Source: Actinomycetota bacterium | GTDB taxonomy: Bacteria; Actinomycetota; Actinomycetes; S36-B12; UBA5976 | Reading direction: 5' to 3' | DNA length: 64,000 nt | NCBI GenBank assembly: GCA_046048135.1 | Contig: JBJOGR010000036.1 | Coordinates: 4,164-68,163, forward strand | Part shown: one piece after another, positions 1 through 9,407 of the stretch | Layout: each line of letters opens with the position of its first letter | Numbering within the stretch: position 1 is the first letter of the stretch | Notes under the pieces: model-generated | Databases searched by the model: none | Seen by the model: only the letters and a program-made list of their open reading frames with translations | Told to the model about the DNA's origin: nothing | Program-made: the position numbers and the translations under genes

Positions 1-16
1 AGATAGACTTTTACAA

Positions 17-622
17 ATGAATAAATTACCTTCTGAACTTCCATCTGAGGTTGTAAGAATTTCTTGGCTACTTGGGACTTGGGAGGGAGTTGGCCAAGGC
101 CAGTATCCAAATTCCAGCAATTTTTCTTTTATTCAACAAATTGAATTTACTAATGATGGTCAATCATTTTTAAATTACGAAAGTAAATCTTGGAAATTAA
201 ATGAAGATGGATCAAGTGGTGAACCATTACATATGGAAAAAGGATTTTTTAGACCAGGTGAAGCAAGTGGCATAGAAGCAGTTGTTTCACATATAACGGG
301 AATAACAGAAATATGGACAGGAATTAATGAAGTATTAAGTATTGAAGATGCAAAAATAACTTCAGCTAGAGCAAGACTTGCAACAAATTGGGTAGGCAGA
401 ACTCCTTCTGCAAAACCAGTTGATGCTGGAGATCGTTTGTATGGATTAATGAATGGTGAATTAATGTGGACTTACGACATGGCAGCAGTTGGTCAGGAAA
501 TGCAAAATCATTTATGGGCAAGACTAAAACCTTTAAGTGAGGCAGAAATAATTGAAACAAAGAAAACGTTACGACCAGTAAGACAACATCAGATTCCAGA
601 AATACCAGGAGTAAAGAAGTGA
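17..622 (+). CDS. FABP-like/nitrobindin (DUF1794, THAP4-like) heme-binding beta-barrel protein
   Basis: N-terminal WLLGTWEGxGxG (GxWxG) motif; C-terminal strand with His (MQNHLWARL); synteny with Fur-family gene and ygfZ. Confidence 0.85.
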   Translation: MNKLPSELPSEVVRISWLLGTWEGVGQGQYPNSSNFSFIQQIEFTNDGQSFLNYESKSWKLNEDGSSGEPLHMEKGFFRPGEASGIEAVVSHITGITEIWTGINEVLSIEDAKITSARARLATNWVGRTPSAKPVDAGDRLYGLMNGELMWTYDMAAVGQEMQNHLWARLKPLSEAEIIETKKTLRPVRQHQIPEIPGVKK

Positions 623-1071
623 GTGATTATTTAGAGCAGTGGGATAAGAAGTTACGCACTGCAGGTTTTCGTATTACTCCTCAAAGACAACTTGTTTTAG
701 AAGCAGTTACAAATTTACGTCATGCCACTCCTGAAGAAATATTGGCAGAAGTTCAAGTAACTGCAACTGGTGTAAATCTTTCAACTGTTTACAGAACTTT
801 AGAAGTTTTAGAACAAGTTGGTTTAGTAACTCATGCACACATAGGACATGGTGCACCGACTTATCATGTTGTAGATGACACACCACATATCCATTTAGTT
901 TGTTCAAGATGTCGAAAAGTTGAATCTATTGATGGAGCAACATTTACTAAATTTGCGAGTCAACTAGAAGAAAAAGAGGGTTTTGTTGTAAATGTTTCAC
1001 ATGTAGCTTTGCATGGATTATGTAAAAAATGTGTTGATGGGGGAAATTCCCTTTTAGATCATGAACACTAA
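619..1071 (+). CDS. nur: Fur-family metalloregulator, Nur (nickel uptake regulator)-like
   Basis: RITPQRQLVLEAV, STVYRTL, HAHIGHGAPTYH, HIHLVCxxC and CxxC; closely resembles Streptomyces Nur as recalled; GTG start overlaps upstream stop. Confidence 0.75.
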   Translation: MSDYLEQWDKKLRTAGFRITPQRQLVLEAVTNLRHATPEEILAEVQVTATGVNLSTVYRTLEVLEQVGLVTHAHIGHGAPTYHVVDDTPHIHLVCSRCRKVESIDGATFTKFASQLEEKEGFVVNVSHVALHGLCKKCVDGGNSLLDHEH

Positions 1072-2107
1072 ACAACAAGTAATTAATATCCCAAATCAAG
1101 TAAGAGCTCCTGAAAGTTTTATTGACCAAAATGTAGCTTGGCATTATGGAGATCCTTTAAGGGAACAAAAATATTTAATCCAATTTGAAACCAGTGTGGA
1201 TATTTCTAATCGTGGAGTTATAAGAATTACTGGAAAGGATCGAAAATCTTTTTTGCATTCTTTAACTTCGCAACATATAGAAAGGTTGAAAGATCAAGAA
1301 TCAACTATTTCGTTACTACTTTCACCAAATGGCCATATTGAACATGAATTACATGTAATAAATAATCCAGAAGAAATATATTTAATAGTTGAAAATTCTT
1401 CTCTAAAAACAATTGTTGAATTCTTGCAAAAAATGATTTTTCTATCTCAAGTTGAAATAGATGATTCAACAAATGAATTAGCTACTCTTTTTGAATCAAA
1501 AAGAGAAATTCATGAAAAATATCCTACTTGGCTTACCCCATTAAATTATTTGGGTGAACCGATTAAAGATGCAGGAACAAGTGCTGGCGGAGATCCTAAT
1601 AAATATGTGCCTAAAAGACCTGGAAAATTTAATGGTAGAGAAATATTGATCCCAAGAAATGAATTAGAAAATTATTTGCTGAATGCAAAATATCTAGCAG
1701 GTACTTGGGCATTAGAGGCTATCCGTATTGCTGCAGGAGTACCCAGAGTAATAATTGATGCAGATCATCGAACAATTCCACATGAAATTGGTTTAATTGG
1801 CAATGCAGTTCATTTAGAAAAAGGTTGTTATAAAGGTCAAGAAACAATTGCCAGAGTTCATAATTTAGGAAAACCTCCCAGAAAATTAGTTTTATTACAT
1901 CTTGATGGCAGTGGTAATCGTTTGCCAAAACCAAATAGCCCAGTAATTGTTGATGGACAAGAAGTTGGATTTGTGGGTTCTAGTGCGCAACATTTTGAAC
2001 TTGGACCAATTGCACTTGCCATCGTGAAAGCTAAAACACAAGTTTTACTAAATGTTGCAGTGGATGAAATTCCTGCCACTATGCAAGATATTGTTGTGGC
2101 GCAATGA
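1061..2107 (+). CDS. ygfZ: YgfZ/GcvT-like folate-binding protein (Fe-S maturation/repair)
   Basis: Signature KGCYKGQE; WHYGDPLREQ N-terminal segment typical of actinobacterial homologues. Confidence 0.9.
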   Translation: MNTKQQVINIPNQVRAPESFIDQNVAWHYGDPLREQKYLIQFETSVDISNRGVIRITGKDRKSFLHSLTSQHIERLKDQESTISLLLSPNGHIEHELHVINNPEEIYLIVENSSLKTIVEFLQKMIFLSQVEIDDSTNELATLFESKREIHEKYPTWLTPLNYLGEPIKDAGTSAGGDPNKYVPKRPGKFNGREILIPRNELENYLLNAKYLAGTWALEAIRIAAGVPRVIIDADHRTIPHEIGLIGNAVHLEKGCYKGQETIARVHNLGKPPRKLVLLHLDGSGNRLPKPNSPVIVDGQEVGFVGSSAQHFELGPIALAIVKAKTQVLLNVAVDEIPATMQDIVVAQ

Positions 2108-3066
2108 CTTTAGAACCTGTAATAGTGCAAATGACTAGAGATGGTCTAGTCGAATCAATGCATAGAGGTCATGCAGTTTTACTTAATTCAGATGGAAAAA
2201 TTGAAAAAGAATTAGGAAATTCTCAAGAAATAATTTATCCAAGAAGTGCAATTAAGTTAGCTCAAGCAACTGCCATGTTGAGAGTCGGAGCAAAGTTAGA
2301 AAATGAATCTTTAGCAATTTCGTGTGCATCTCATAGTGGAGAAGAGTTACACCGAAATTTAGTGGAAAAAATGCTTACTAATGTTGGATTAAATTTAAGT
2401 GATTTACAAACTCCGCCAGATTATCCATTAGACCCAAAAATTCAAATTGAATATATTAAACAAGGTTTAGAGCCAAAACCAGTAACAATGAATTGCTCTG
2501 GAAAACATGCAGCGATGCTTACAGCTTGTGTTAACAATAAATGGTCAACAAAGGATTATTTATCAATAAATCATCCTTTGCAAAAAAAAATTATTGAAAC
2601 CATTGAGGACCTTTGCAAGGAAAGAATTTCTAAATCAAGTGTTGATGGGTGCGGTGCACCACTTCATGCGATTTCATTAATTGGACTTGCCAAAATGGCA
2701 CATAATGCAGTTCTTGCAGATGTAGATAGTGAAGAACGAAAAGTTGCAGATGCTGCAAGAAAATTTCCAATTTATAACTCCGGTACTAACAGAGACGTTG
2801 CGCAATTTATGCAAAATGTTCCTGGATTTTTTACAAAAGAAGGTGCAGAGGGAGTTCATGTTGGCGCATTAAATGACGGAAGAGCTTTTGCAGTTAAATT
2901 CAGTGATGGTTCAATGAGGCCAAGAGCAACATTTGTATATTCTGTGTTGAAATACTGGGGTGTTGATTCTGAAATTTTAAATAAGTTAAGTAATTTAGAA
3001 AAAACTGAAGTACAAGGCGGCGGGAAAACCGTAGGATACTTACAAGCACTTTCCATAGAGAGGTAA
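2104..3066 (+). CDS. L-asparaginase II family (Rhizobium etli AnsA-type)
   Basis: Motifs PRSAIK, NCSGKHAAML, DGCG, KEGAEG. Confidence 0.88.
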   Translation: MTLEPVIVQMTRDGLVESMHRGHAVLLNSDGKIEKELGNSQEIIYPRSAIKLAQATAMLRVGAKLENESLAISCASHSGEELHRNLVEKMLTNVGLNLSDLQTPPDYPLDPKIQIEYIKQGLEPKPVTMNCSGKHAAMLTACVNNKWSTKDYLSINHPLQKKIIETIEDLCKERISKSSVDGCGAPLHAISLIGLAKMAHNAVLADVDSEERKVADAARKFPIYNSGTNRDVAQFMQNVPGFFTKEGAEGVHVGALNDGRAFAVKFSDGSMRPRATFVYSVLKYWGVDSEILNKLSNLEKTEVQGGGKTVGYLQALSIER

Positions 3067-3071
3067 TTCAA

Positions 3072-3359
3072 ATGCCAATGTCGATGTATACCCTAAATGT
3101 GGTTTTAGGATATTTATTTGTTGCAATAAAAATGTGGGCATTTGTTGATGCTGCTACTCAAAAGAAACCATATTACGAAGCAGTTGGAAGACAATCAAAA
3201 TTATTTTGGGTAGGTTTACTTGGTATTTCAGTATTCTCACAATATTTATCCGTAATGCAAGGAAGTTCAAATTATGGATTACTACAAGTTGTGGGTTTGA
3301 TTTTAGCTATCGTTTATCTTGTGGATCAAAGACCAAGACTTAACGAATTAAGAAAGTAA
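3072..3359 (+). CDS. DUF2516-family small membrane protein
   Basis: Three hydrophobic segments; WAFVDA...K.FW and VYLVDQRP motifs; conserved actinobacterial position. Confidence 0.7.
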   Translation: MPMSMYTLNVVLGYLFVAIKMWAFVDAATQKKPYYEAVGRQSKLFWVGLLGISVFSQYLSVMQGSSNYGLLQVVGLILAIVYLVDQRPRLNELRK

Positions 3360-4115
3360 TTATTTCTTTCCTTGGTTAGCAACCGCATCAATAGCTTCTT
3401 TTGCAGCTTGTGGATCTAGATATTCTCCACCAAAAACAATTGGCTTAAAGTTTTCATCTAGTCGATAAAGCAATGGAATTCCTGTTGGAAGATTTAATTT
3501 AGCAATATCTTCATCACTAATATTTTCTAAATATTTAATTAAAGCTCTTAAAGAATTACCATGTGCTACTACAAGAACAGTTTTTCCAGATTGTAATTCT
3601 GGAACAATAGATTCTTGCCAGTAAGGAATAACTCTCTTAACTACATCTTTTAAGCATTCTGTTAGAGGAATATCTGAATTTTGCATATCTTTATATTTAG
3701 GATCATTATTTTGGGCGTATTTATCGTTTGGATCAATTGGTGGTGGCGGCACATCATAAGATCTTCTCCACAGCATGAATTGTTCTTCACCATATTTTTC
3801 TAAAGTATCTTTTTTGTTTAATCCTTGTAGGGCTCCATAATGTCGTTCATTTAGTCGCCAAGATCTTTTTGTAGGAATTTGTTTAATTCCAGCACTTTCA
3901 AGTGCAAGTTCTGAAGTTTTTATGGCTCTATTTAATACCGATGTGTGAAGAGTGTCAGGAATTAAATTTTTTTCTTTTAAAAGCTCTCCGCCACGTTTTG
4001 CCTCATTGATACCTTTATGACTTAAATCAACATCAACCCATCCGGTAAATAAATTAAGGGCATTCCATTGGCTTTCACCATGTCTTAGAAGTATTAATTT
4101 ATATTCTTTGCTCAT
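3360..4115 (-). CDS. gpmA: 2,3-bisphosphoglycerate-dependent phosphoglycerate mutase
   Basis: [30 protein letters not shown]. Confidence 0.97.
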   Translation of the reverse strand: MSKEYKLILLRHGESQWNALNLFTGWVDVDLSHKGINEAKRGGELLKEKNLIPDTLHTSVLNRAIKTSELALESAGIKQIPTKRSWRLNERHYGALQGLNKKDTLEKYGEEQFMLWRRSYDVPPPPIDPNDKYAQNNDPKYKDMQNSDIPLTECLKDVVKRVIPYWQESIVPELQSGKTVLVVAHGNSLRALIKYLENISDEDIAKLNLPTGIPLLYRLDENFKPIVFGGEYLDPQAAKEAIDAVANQGKK

Positions 4116-5390
4116 TTAAATCACCCTTAAATTTCTGGTTGTTTTTATTGGAGTAGTTAAAGCTTTTTCGTAAACCTTTACAAGACCTTCAACAGTTTTA
4201 TCCCAACTAAAATTTGAAGCATGAAGTCTTGCTCCTAATTTTAATTTGTCAGCGAAATCTTTGTTTAAAGATACTTGAGCCAGTGCTTCTGCCCAAGTTC
4301 GTGGATCGTGACCATTTACTAAGAGACCACTTAAATTATCTGCAACAACTGTTTTTAATCCTCCAACATTTGTAGCAATTACTGGTGTGCCACAAGCTTG
4401 CGCTTCTACAGCAACTAATCCAAAAGATTCTGAATAGGAAGGAACTGCTACCAAAGTTGACGCTTGATATAAAGTTGCTAATTTTTCTCTTGTTGAAGGT
4501 GGTAAAAACATCACATTTTCAATTAAATTAAATTCCTTAACTAATTGCATTAAAGAATCTGGATGATCAAAACCAGTTCCTGAAAGACCACCGCAAATAA
4601 CAATTCTTACTTTATTTTTTAAGTGCGGATTATCTTGAATAAATTGATGAGCTGCTTTTATTAAAACATCGGGTGCTTTTAAAGGCTGTACTCTTCCAAC
4701 AAAAGTAAAGACAATTGCATCTTGTGGAATACCAAATTCTTTTCTGGCTTTTGCAGTATCTGCTGTATTAAATACTTCTAAGTCAACTCCTGGGTTAACA
4801 ACATTTACTCGTTTTTGGTCAGCAGAGTATAAATTAATTAATTCATCAGCTTCTGCTTGTGTATTAGCAACTAATTGGTTTGCAGCATCTACTACTTGTT
4901 GTTCACCTATTTCTCTTTCAGCAGGTTCTGCAATATCACCAATTGCCAGTGTTGAATTTTTTACTTTTGCCATTGTGTGCATTGTGTGAATTAGGGGAAC
5001 ATTCCATCTTTCAGATGCAACCCAACCAACTTGTCCACTTAACCAATAATGTGAATGAATTAATTGGTAATGACCTTCGTTATGTCTTGCTTCCTCTCTT
5101 AAAACTCCTGCACTAAGTGCACAAAGTTGTGAAGGTAAACTTTGTTTTGCTAAACCTTCAAAAGGGCCAGCAGTTAATTGTTTAACTAAAACACCGTTAT
5201 AAAGTTCAGTATCATTTTTAATCGAACTACTTGTTCTTCTTGTAAAAATATCAACTTTAATACCTAAATCTGCTAATCGTTTTGAAGTTTCCACTACATA
5301 AACGTTTAAACCTCCAGCATCACCTACACCTGGTTGATCAAGTGGAGAAGTGTGTACTGAGAGCAATGCAATTTGATTTAATTTTTTCAA
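4116..5390 (-). CDS. mshA: D-inositol-3-phosphate glycosyltransferase (mycothiol biosynthesis)
   Basis: VHTSPLDQPGVGDAGGLNVY, HSHYWLSG, GRVQPLK, SYSESFGLVAVEAQACGTPV; TTG start. Confidence 0.95.
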   Translation of the reverse strand: MKKLNQIALLSVHTSPLDQPGVGDAGGLNVYVVETSKRLADLGIKVDIFTRRTSSSIKNDTELYNGVLVKQLTAGPFEGLAKQSLPSQLCALSAGVLREEARHNEGHYQLIHSHYWLSGQVGWVASERWNVPLIHTMHTMAKVKNSTLAIGDIAEPAEREIGEQQVVDAANQLVANTQAEADELINLYSADQKRVNVVNPGVDLEVFNTADTAKARKEFGIPQDAIVFTFVGRVQPLKAPDVLIKAAHQFIQDNPHLKNKVRIVICGGLSGTGFDHPDSLMQLVKEFNLIENVMFLPPSTREKLATLYQASTLVAVPSYSESFGLVAVEAQACGTPVIATNVGGLKTVVADNLSGLLVNGHDPRTWAEALAQVSLNKDFADKLKLGARLHASNFSWDKTVEGLVKVYEKALTTPIKTTRNLRVI

Positions 5391-5399
5391 ATTTAAACC

Positions 5400-6215
5400 T
5401 TAAAGATTAAATGGTGCGTCATTACCCAAAGTAAGGACGATGTTTGCAGTTGTTTGATTTGGATCTTCAACTAAAACTCCCACCGAGATTAGTTTTGCCA
5501 CGGCTTCAGCTTTTGCAGCAAAACCTGGAGCATAAACAATTTGAGTTTGGGCGGTGTCTTTATTGGCAGCATCTGTAACTTCAACAATTCTCATGCCTTG
5601 AACCTGCAATGTATCGGCAACAGATCTTGCAAAACCTGCTCTTCTAGTTCCATTTAAAACAGTAATACTTACATCTTTTAGAGAACCTGCAATAATTTCT
5701 CTTCCTTCCTGAGCCGCAGATTTTGGAGCAGTAGCAAGTGGGGCAATTCCTTCATAAATTCCAGTGTTTGGTTTAACCAATACAACTTGATCAACTATTC
5801 CTGCTTTTTTAAATACGAAAGTAATCTTTACAAAACTTGATTGACGTGGTGCAAATTCAATTAAATCAACATGAGGTGAGTCAGGATTTACTCCTACTGT
5901 AACTAATTGTTTTGCTGGAATATTTATTTCGTTTGCTGGACTAAACACCACAGACTTAGGTGCAGGATTATCAACAGTAACACTAACTAATTGATCATCT
6001 TCAGTTGAATCATTTATCAAAGTTGCAACAACAGTTCCAATATTTTCATTACCTTTAACGATTACAACATTTTGTACATAAATATCTCCAACTTTTGCGT
6101 AATCACCACTACCTGTTGGGCCTTGTGTTGTGGTTTGAGCATTTGGACCAGCTGCACAACTTGTTACAACTAATGAAATTGTTATTAATGAAATTAATGA
6201 TTTGAAGATTCGCAT
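5400..6215 (-). CDS. Lipoprotein: LpqE-like N-terminal domain fused to LytR C-terminal (LytR_C) domain
   Basis: Signal peptide with lipobox LVVTSC; divergent from carD like lpqE; C-terminal VLNGTRRAGFA...TQIVY...IVLTLGND matches LytR_C. Confidence 0.7.
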   Translation of the reverse strand: MRIFKSLISLITISLVVTSCAAGPNAQTTTQGPTGSGDYAKVGDIYVQNVVIVKGNENIGTVVATLINDSTEDDQLVSVTVDNPAPKSVVFSPANEINIPAKQLVTVGVNPDSPHVDLIEFAPRQSSFVKITFVFKKAGIVDQVVLVKPNTGIYEGIAPLATAPKSAAQEGREIIAGSLKDVSITVLNGTRRAGFARSVADTLQVQGMRIVEVTDAANKDTAQTQIVYAPGFAAKAEAVAKLISVGVLVEDPNQTTANIVLTLGNDAPFNL

Positions 6216-6304
6216 AATGATTTAATTCTACCGAATATGAGGTGAATGAGCCTGTTCAGTATTGGGCTGGTAGAATAGGAGTTCTTACGAAAGGTTTTTA
6301 ATAA

Positions 6305-6787
6305 ATGTCCTTTAAAGTTGGCGAAACAGTTGTTTATCCACATCACGGCGCAGCAGTAATCGAAGCAATCGAATCAAGAAATATAAAAGGTGTTGAAAGA
6401 AAATATTTAGTTTTAAGAGTTAAACAAGGTGATTTAACTGTAAGAGTTCCAGCTGACAATGTTGAATTAGTTGGTGTAAGAGATGTTGTTAACGCAGAAG
6501 GTTTAGAAAGAGTTTTTGACGTATTACGTCAACCATATACAGAAGAACCAACAAACTGGTCAAGAAGATACAAAGCAAATTTAGAAAAATTAGCTTCAGG
6601 CGATGTAATGAAAGTTGCTGAAGTAGTAAGAGATCTTTGGAGAAGAGATCAAGATCGCGGTTTATCTGCAGGTGAAAAAAGAATGCTTGCCAAGGCACGT
6701 CAAATTCTCGTAAGTGAATTAGCTTTAGCTGAAAGAACTAATGAAGTAAACGCTGAAGCTTTACTTGACGAGGTTCTTGCTTCTTAA
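6305..6787 (+). CDS. carD: RNA polymerase-binding transcription factor CarD
   Basis: [30 protein letters not shown]. Confidence 0.97.
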   Translation: MSFKVGETVVYPHHGAAVIEAIESRNIKGVERKYLVLRVKQGDLTVRVPADNVELVGVRDVVNAEGLERVFDVLRQPYTEEPTNWSRRYKANLEKLASGDVMKVAEVVRDLWRRDQDRGLSAGEKRMLAKARQILVSELALAERTNEVNAEALLDEVLAS

Positions 6788-6800
6788 CAGAAACTAACCA

Positions 6801-7505
6801 GTGAGCTCAACAGCCAATGTTTGCGTAGTAATTCCGGCTGCAGGTTTAGGTGAGCGTCTAGGACTAAATACTCCTAAAGCATTTGTAAATATAAGTAATT
6901 ATTCATTATTAACATTAACCATTAAAAGGGTTCTAGAAATAGACCGAGTAGGTCACATTATTGTTGCTGTCCCAAATGAATTCAAAGACCAAGCACTGGA
7001 ACATATAGATAGAGCAATTAGAGAAACAGAAAGAAAAATACCATTTGACGTTGTAGCAGGTGGTGCAACCAGAACAGATTCAGTAAAAAATTCATTGTTG
7101 GCTTTAGATCCCTTAGATACTTTGGTTTTAGTTCATGATGCAGCAAGACCTTTTGTACCTAAAAAAGTATTTTTAGATGTCATAGAAAATTTGGATAATG
7201 GTTCAAAGGTAGTAATTCCAGTTGTAAATGTAGTCGACACAATTAAATCTGTAGAAAATAATAAAGTGCAAAATACTTTAGATAGAACAAAACTAAAAGC
7301 AGTTCAAACTCCTCAAGGTTTTGCTCGCGATGTTTTGTCAGAAATTTATGCAAATTCTGATTTAAAACCAACCACAGATGATGCAGGACTTGCTGAACTT
7401 GCCGGAATAGTTGTTTCCACAGTCGAAGGTTCTGTGGAATCATTCAAAATAACAACTGCTTTTGATTTAGATGTGGCTAAAAGTTTTTATGAAAAAGGAA
7501 AATAA
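6801..7505 (+). CDS. ispD: 2-C-methyl-D-erythritol 4-phosphate cytidylyltransferase
   Basis: PAAGLGERLG..PKAF, LVHDAARPF, VQTPQGF, FKITT. Confidence 0.96.
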   Translation: MSSTANVCVVIPAAGLGERLGLNTPKAFVNISNYSLLTLTIKRVLEIDRVGHIIVAVPNEFKDQALEHIDRAIRETERKIPFDVVAGGATRTDSVKNSLLALDPLDTLVLVHDAARPFVPKKVFLDVIENLDNGSKVVIPVVNVVDTIKSVENNKVQNTLDRTKLKAVQTPQGFARDVLSEIYANSDLKPTTDDAGLAELAGIVVSTVEGSVESFKITTAFDLDVAKSFYEKGK

Positions 7506-7508
7506 ATA

Positions 7509-7973
7509 ATGCACAGAATAGGTGTGGGAGTAGATGTTCATCCTTTTGAAAAGGGAAGAGAACTTTATGTTGCAGGACTACTTTGGCCAAATGAAACAGG
7601 ATTAGCTGGGCATTCCGATGGTGATGTTGTTGCACATGCTTGTGCAGACGCATTGTTATCTGCAGCAAATTTAGGTGATTTAGGTTCAAACTTTGGAACA
7701 GATAAACCTGAATATAAAAATGCAAGTGGTGTAAAAATAATTTCAGGTGCAGCAAAAATTGTGAAAGATGCTGGTTGGAAAATTGAAAATGTTGCGGTGC
7801 AATTAATTGGTAACAAACCTAAAATTGGTTCAAGAAGAGTTGAGGCAGAAAAAATATTGTCTGAAGCAATAGGAGCACCAGTTTCACTTGGTGCAACCAC
7901 TACAGATGGTTTAGGTTTAACGGGACGTGGCGAAGGTTTAGCTGCAATTGCTCATGCATTAATCAGTAAATAA
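7509..7973 (+). CDS. ispF: 2-C-methyl-D-erythritol 2,4-cyclodiphosphate synthase
   Basis: [35 protein letters not shown]. Confidence 0.96.
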   Translation: MHRIGVGVDVHPFEKGRELYVAGLLWPNETGLAGHSDGDVVAHACADALLSAANLGDLGSNFGTDKPEYKNASGVKIISGAAKIVKDAGWKIENVAVQLIGNKPKIGSRRVEAEKILSEAIGAPVSLGATTTDGLGLTGRGEGLAAIAHALISK

Positions 7974-8018
7974 ATACAAAATTTGTCAAAAAACTAATCC
8001 ATTAGAATAAAACAACTC

Positions 8019-9404
8019 ATGAAACTATACGACTCATATTCTCGTTCTTTAAGAGATTTTGTTCCATTAAAAAATGGTGAAGTTTCTATGTACCTTTGTG
8101 GAGCAACAGTTCAAGGTTCACCACATATAGGACATATGCGATCCACAATCGTTTTTGATGTTTTGAGACGTTATTTTGAATATAAAAATTTAAAAGTTCT
8201 ATTTGTTCGAAACGTTACTGATATTGATGACAAAATTTTGCACAATGCAGGACATGAAGATATTTCTTGGTGGGAACTTGCTTCAAAATATGAAAAAGAA
8301 TTCAGTGAAGCTTATGAAAGTTTAGGCAATATTGCCCCAAGTATTGAACCAAGAGCGACAGGACATATTCCGCAAATGATTGAAATGATCGAAATCTTAA
8401 TAGAAAAAAATCACGCTTACGTTTCAGAAGGTTCTGTTTGGTTTGCAGTTAAATCTTTTAAAGAATATGGAAAATTATCAGGTCAAAAAATTGAAGAAAT
8501 GTTAACGGCGCAAGATTTAGATAAAGGCAAAAAAGATCCACACGATTTTGCATTATGGAAAAAAAGTAAAGAAGGAGAACCATTTTGGAATTCACCATGG
8601 GGCAAAGGTAGACCGGGTTGGCACATTGAATGTTCTGCAATGGCAAAAAATTATTTAGGAGAAAAATTTGATATCCATGGCGGTGGATTAGATTTGCAAT
8701 TTCCACATCATGAAAATGAAATTGCTCAATCAAAAGCAAGTGGAAATGAATTTGCCAATTTCTGGGTTCATAATTATTGGGTAACCCAAAGTGGTGAGAA
8801 AATGAGCAAAAGTTTAGGAAACTCACTTAAAGTCAAAGAAGTTTTAACTAGATTTCGTCCAATTGAAGTTCGTTTCTATTTATTGTCAGCGCATTATCGA
8901 AGCAATTTAGAATTCTCAGATCAAACGTTATCCGAAGCCGCAACTGCTTTTTCTCGTATTGAACAGTTTGTGCAAAGAGCAAGTGAAAAAGTAAATAATA
9001 AAGAATTTAAATTACAATTTCCTCAAGAATTTATAAATGCAATTGAAGATGATTTAGCTACGCCTCTGGCAGTCTCAATTATTCATGAATATGTCACTAA
9101 GGGAAACACAGCTTTAAACAGTGATTTTTCAAATTTAATTGAAATTTTAAATGAAGTAAGAAGCATGCTTTATTTACTAGGACTAGATCCATTGTCTTCA
9201 AATTGGAGTGGTGCAGGTAGCAATCAAGAAAAAGAAGCCCTTGATAAGTTGATTTCTGAATTGCTACGGAATCGAAATGAAGCAAGAGCAAACAAAAATT
9301 TTGCCTTAGCAGATTCAATGCGAGATGCCCTAAAAAATGCAGGAATATTGATTGAAGATGGAGCAGATGGCTCTAGATGGACAATAGAAAAAGAAGTTAA
9401 ATAG
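8019..9404 (+). CDS. cysS: Cysteine--tRNA ligase
   Basis: CGATVQ..HIGH, GRPGWHIEC, FPHHENE, KMSKS. Confidence 0.97.
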   Translation: MKLYDSYSRSLRDFVPLKNGEVSMYLCGATVQGSPHIGHMRSTIVFDVLRRYFEYKNLKVLFVRNVTDIDDKILHNAGHEDISWWELASKYEKEFSEAYESLGNIAPSIEPRATGHIPQMIEMIEILIEKNHAYVSEGSVWFAVKSFKEYGKLSGQKIEEMLTAQDLDKGKKDPHDFALWKKSKEGEPFWNSPWGKGRPGWHIECSAMAKNYLGEKFDIHGGGLDLQFPHHENEIAQSKASGNEFANFWVHNYWVTQSGEKMSKSLGNSLKVKEVLTRFRPIEVRFYLLSAHYRSNLEFSDQTLSEAATAFSRIEQFVQRASEKVNNKEFKLQFPQEFINAIEDDLATPLAVSIIHEYVTKGNTALNSDFSNLIEILNEVRSMLYLLGLDPLSSNWSGAGSNQEKEALDKLISELLRNRNEARANKNFALADSMRDALKNAGILIEDGADGSRWTIEKEVK

Positions 9405-9407
9405 ATT

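Noticed and set aside
2582..2590. A9 homopolymer in the asparaginase gene as a phase-variation tract
   Set aside because: Frame is intact and such runs are expected in an AT-rich, Lys-rich genome
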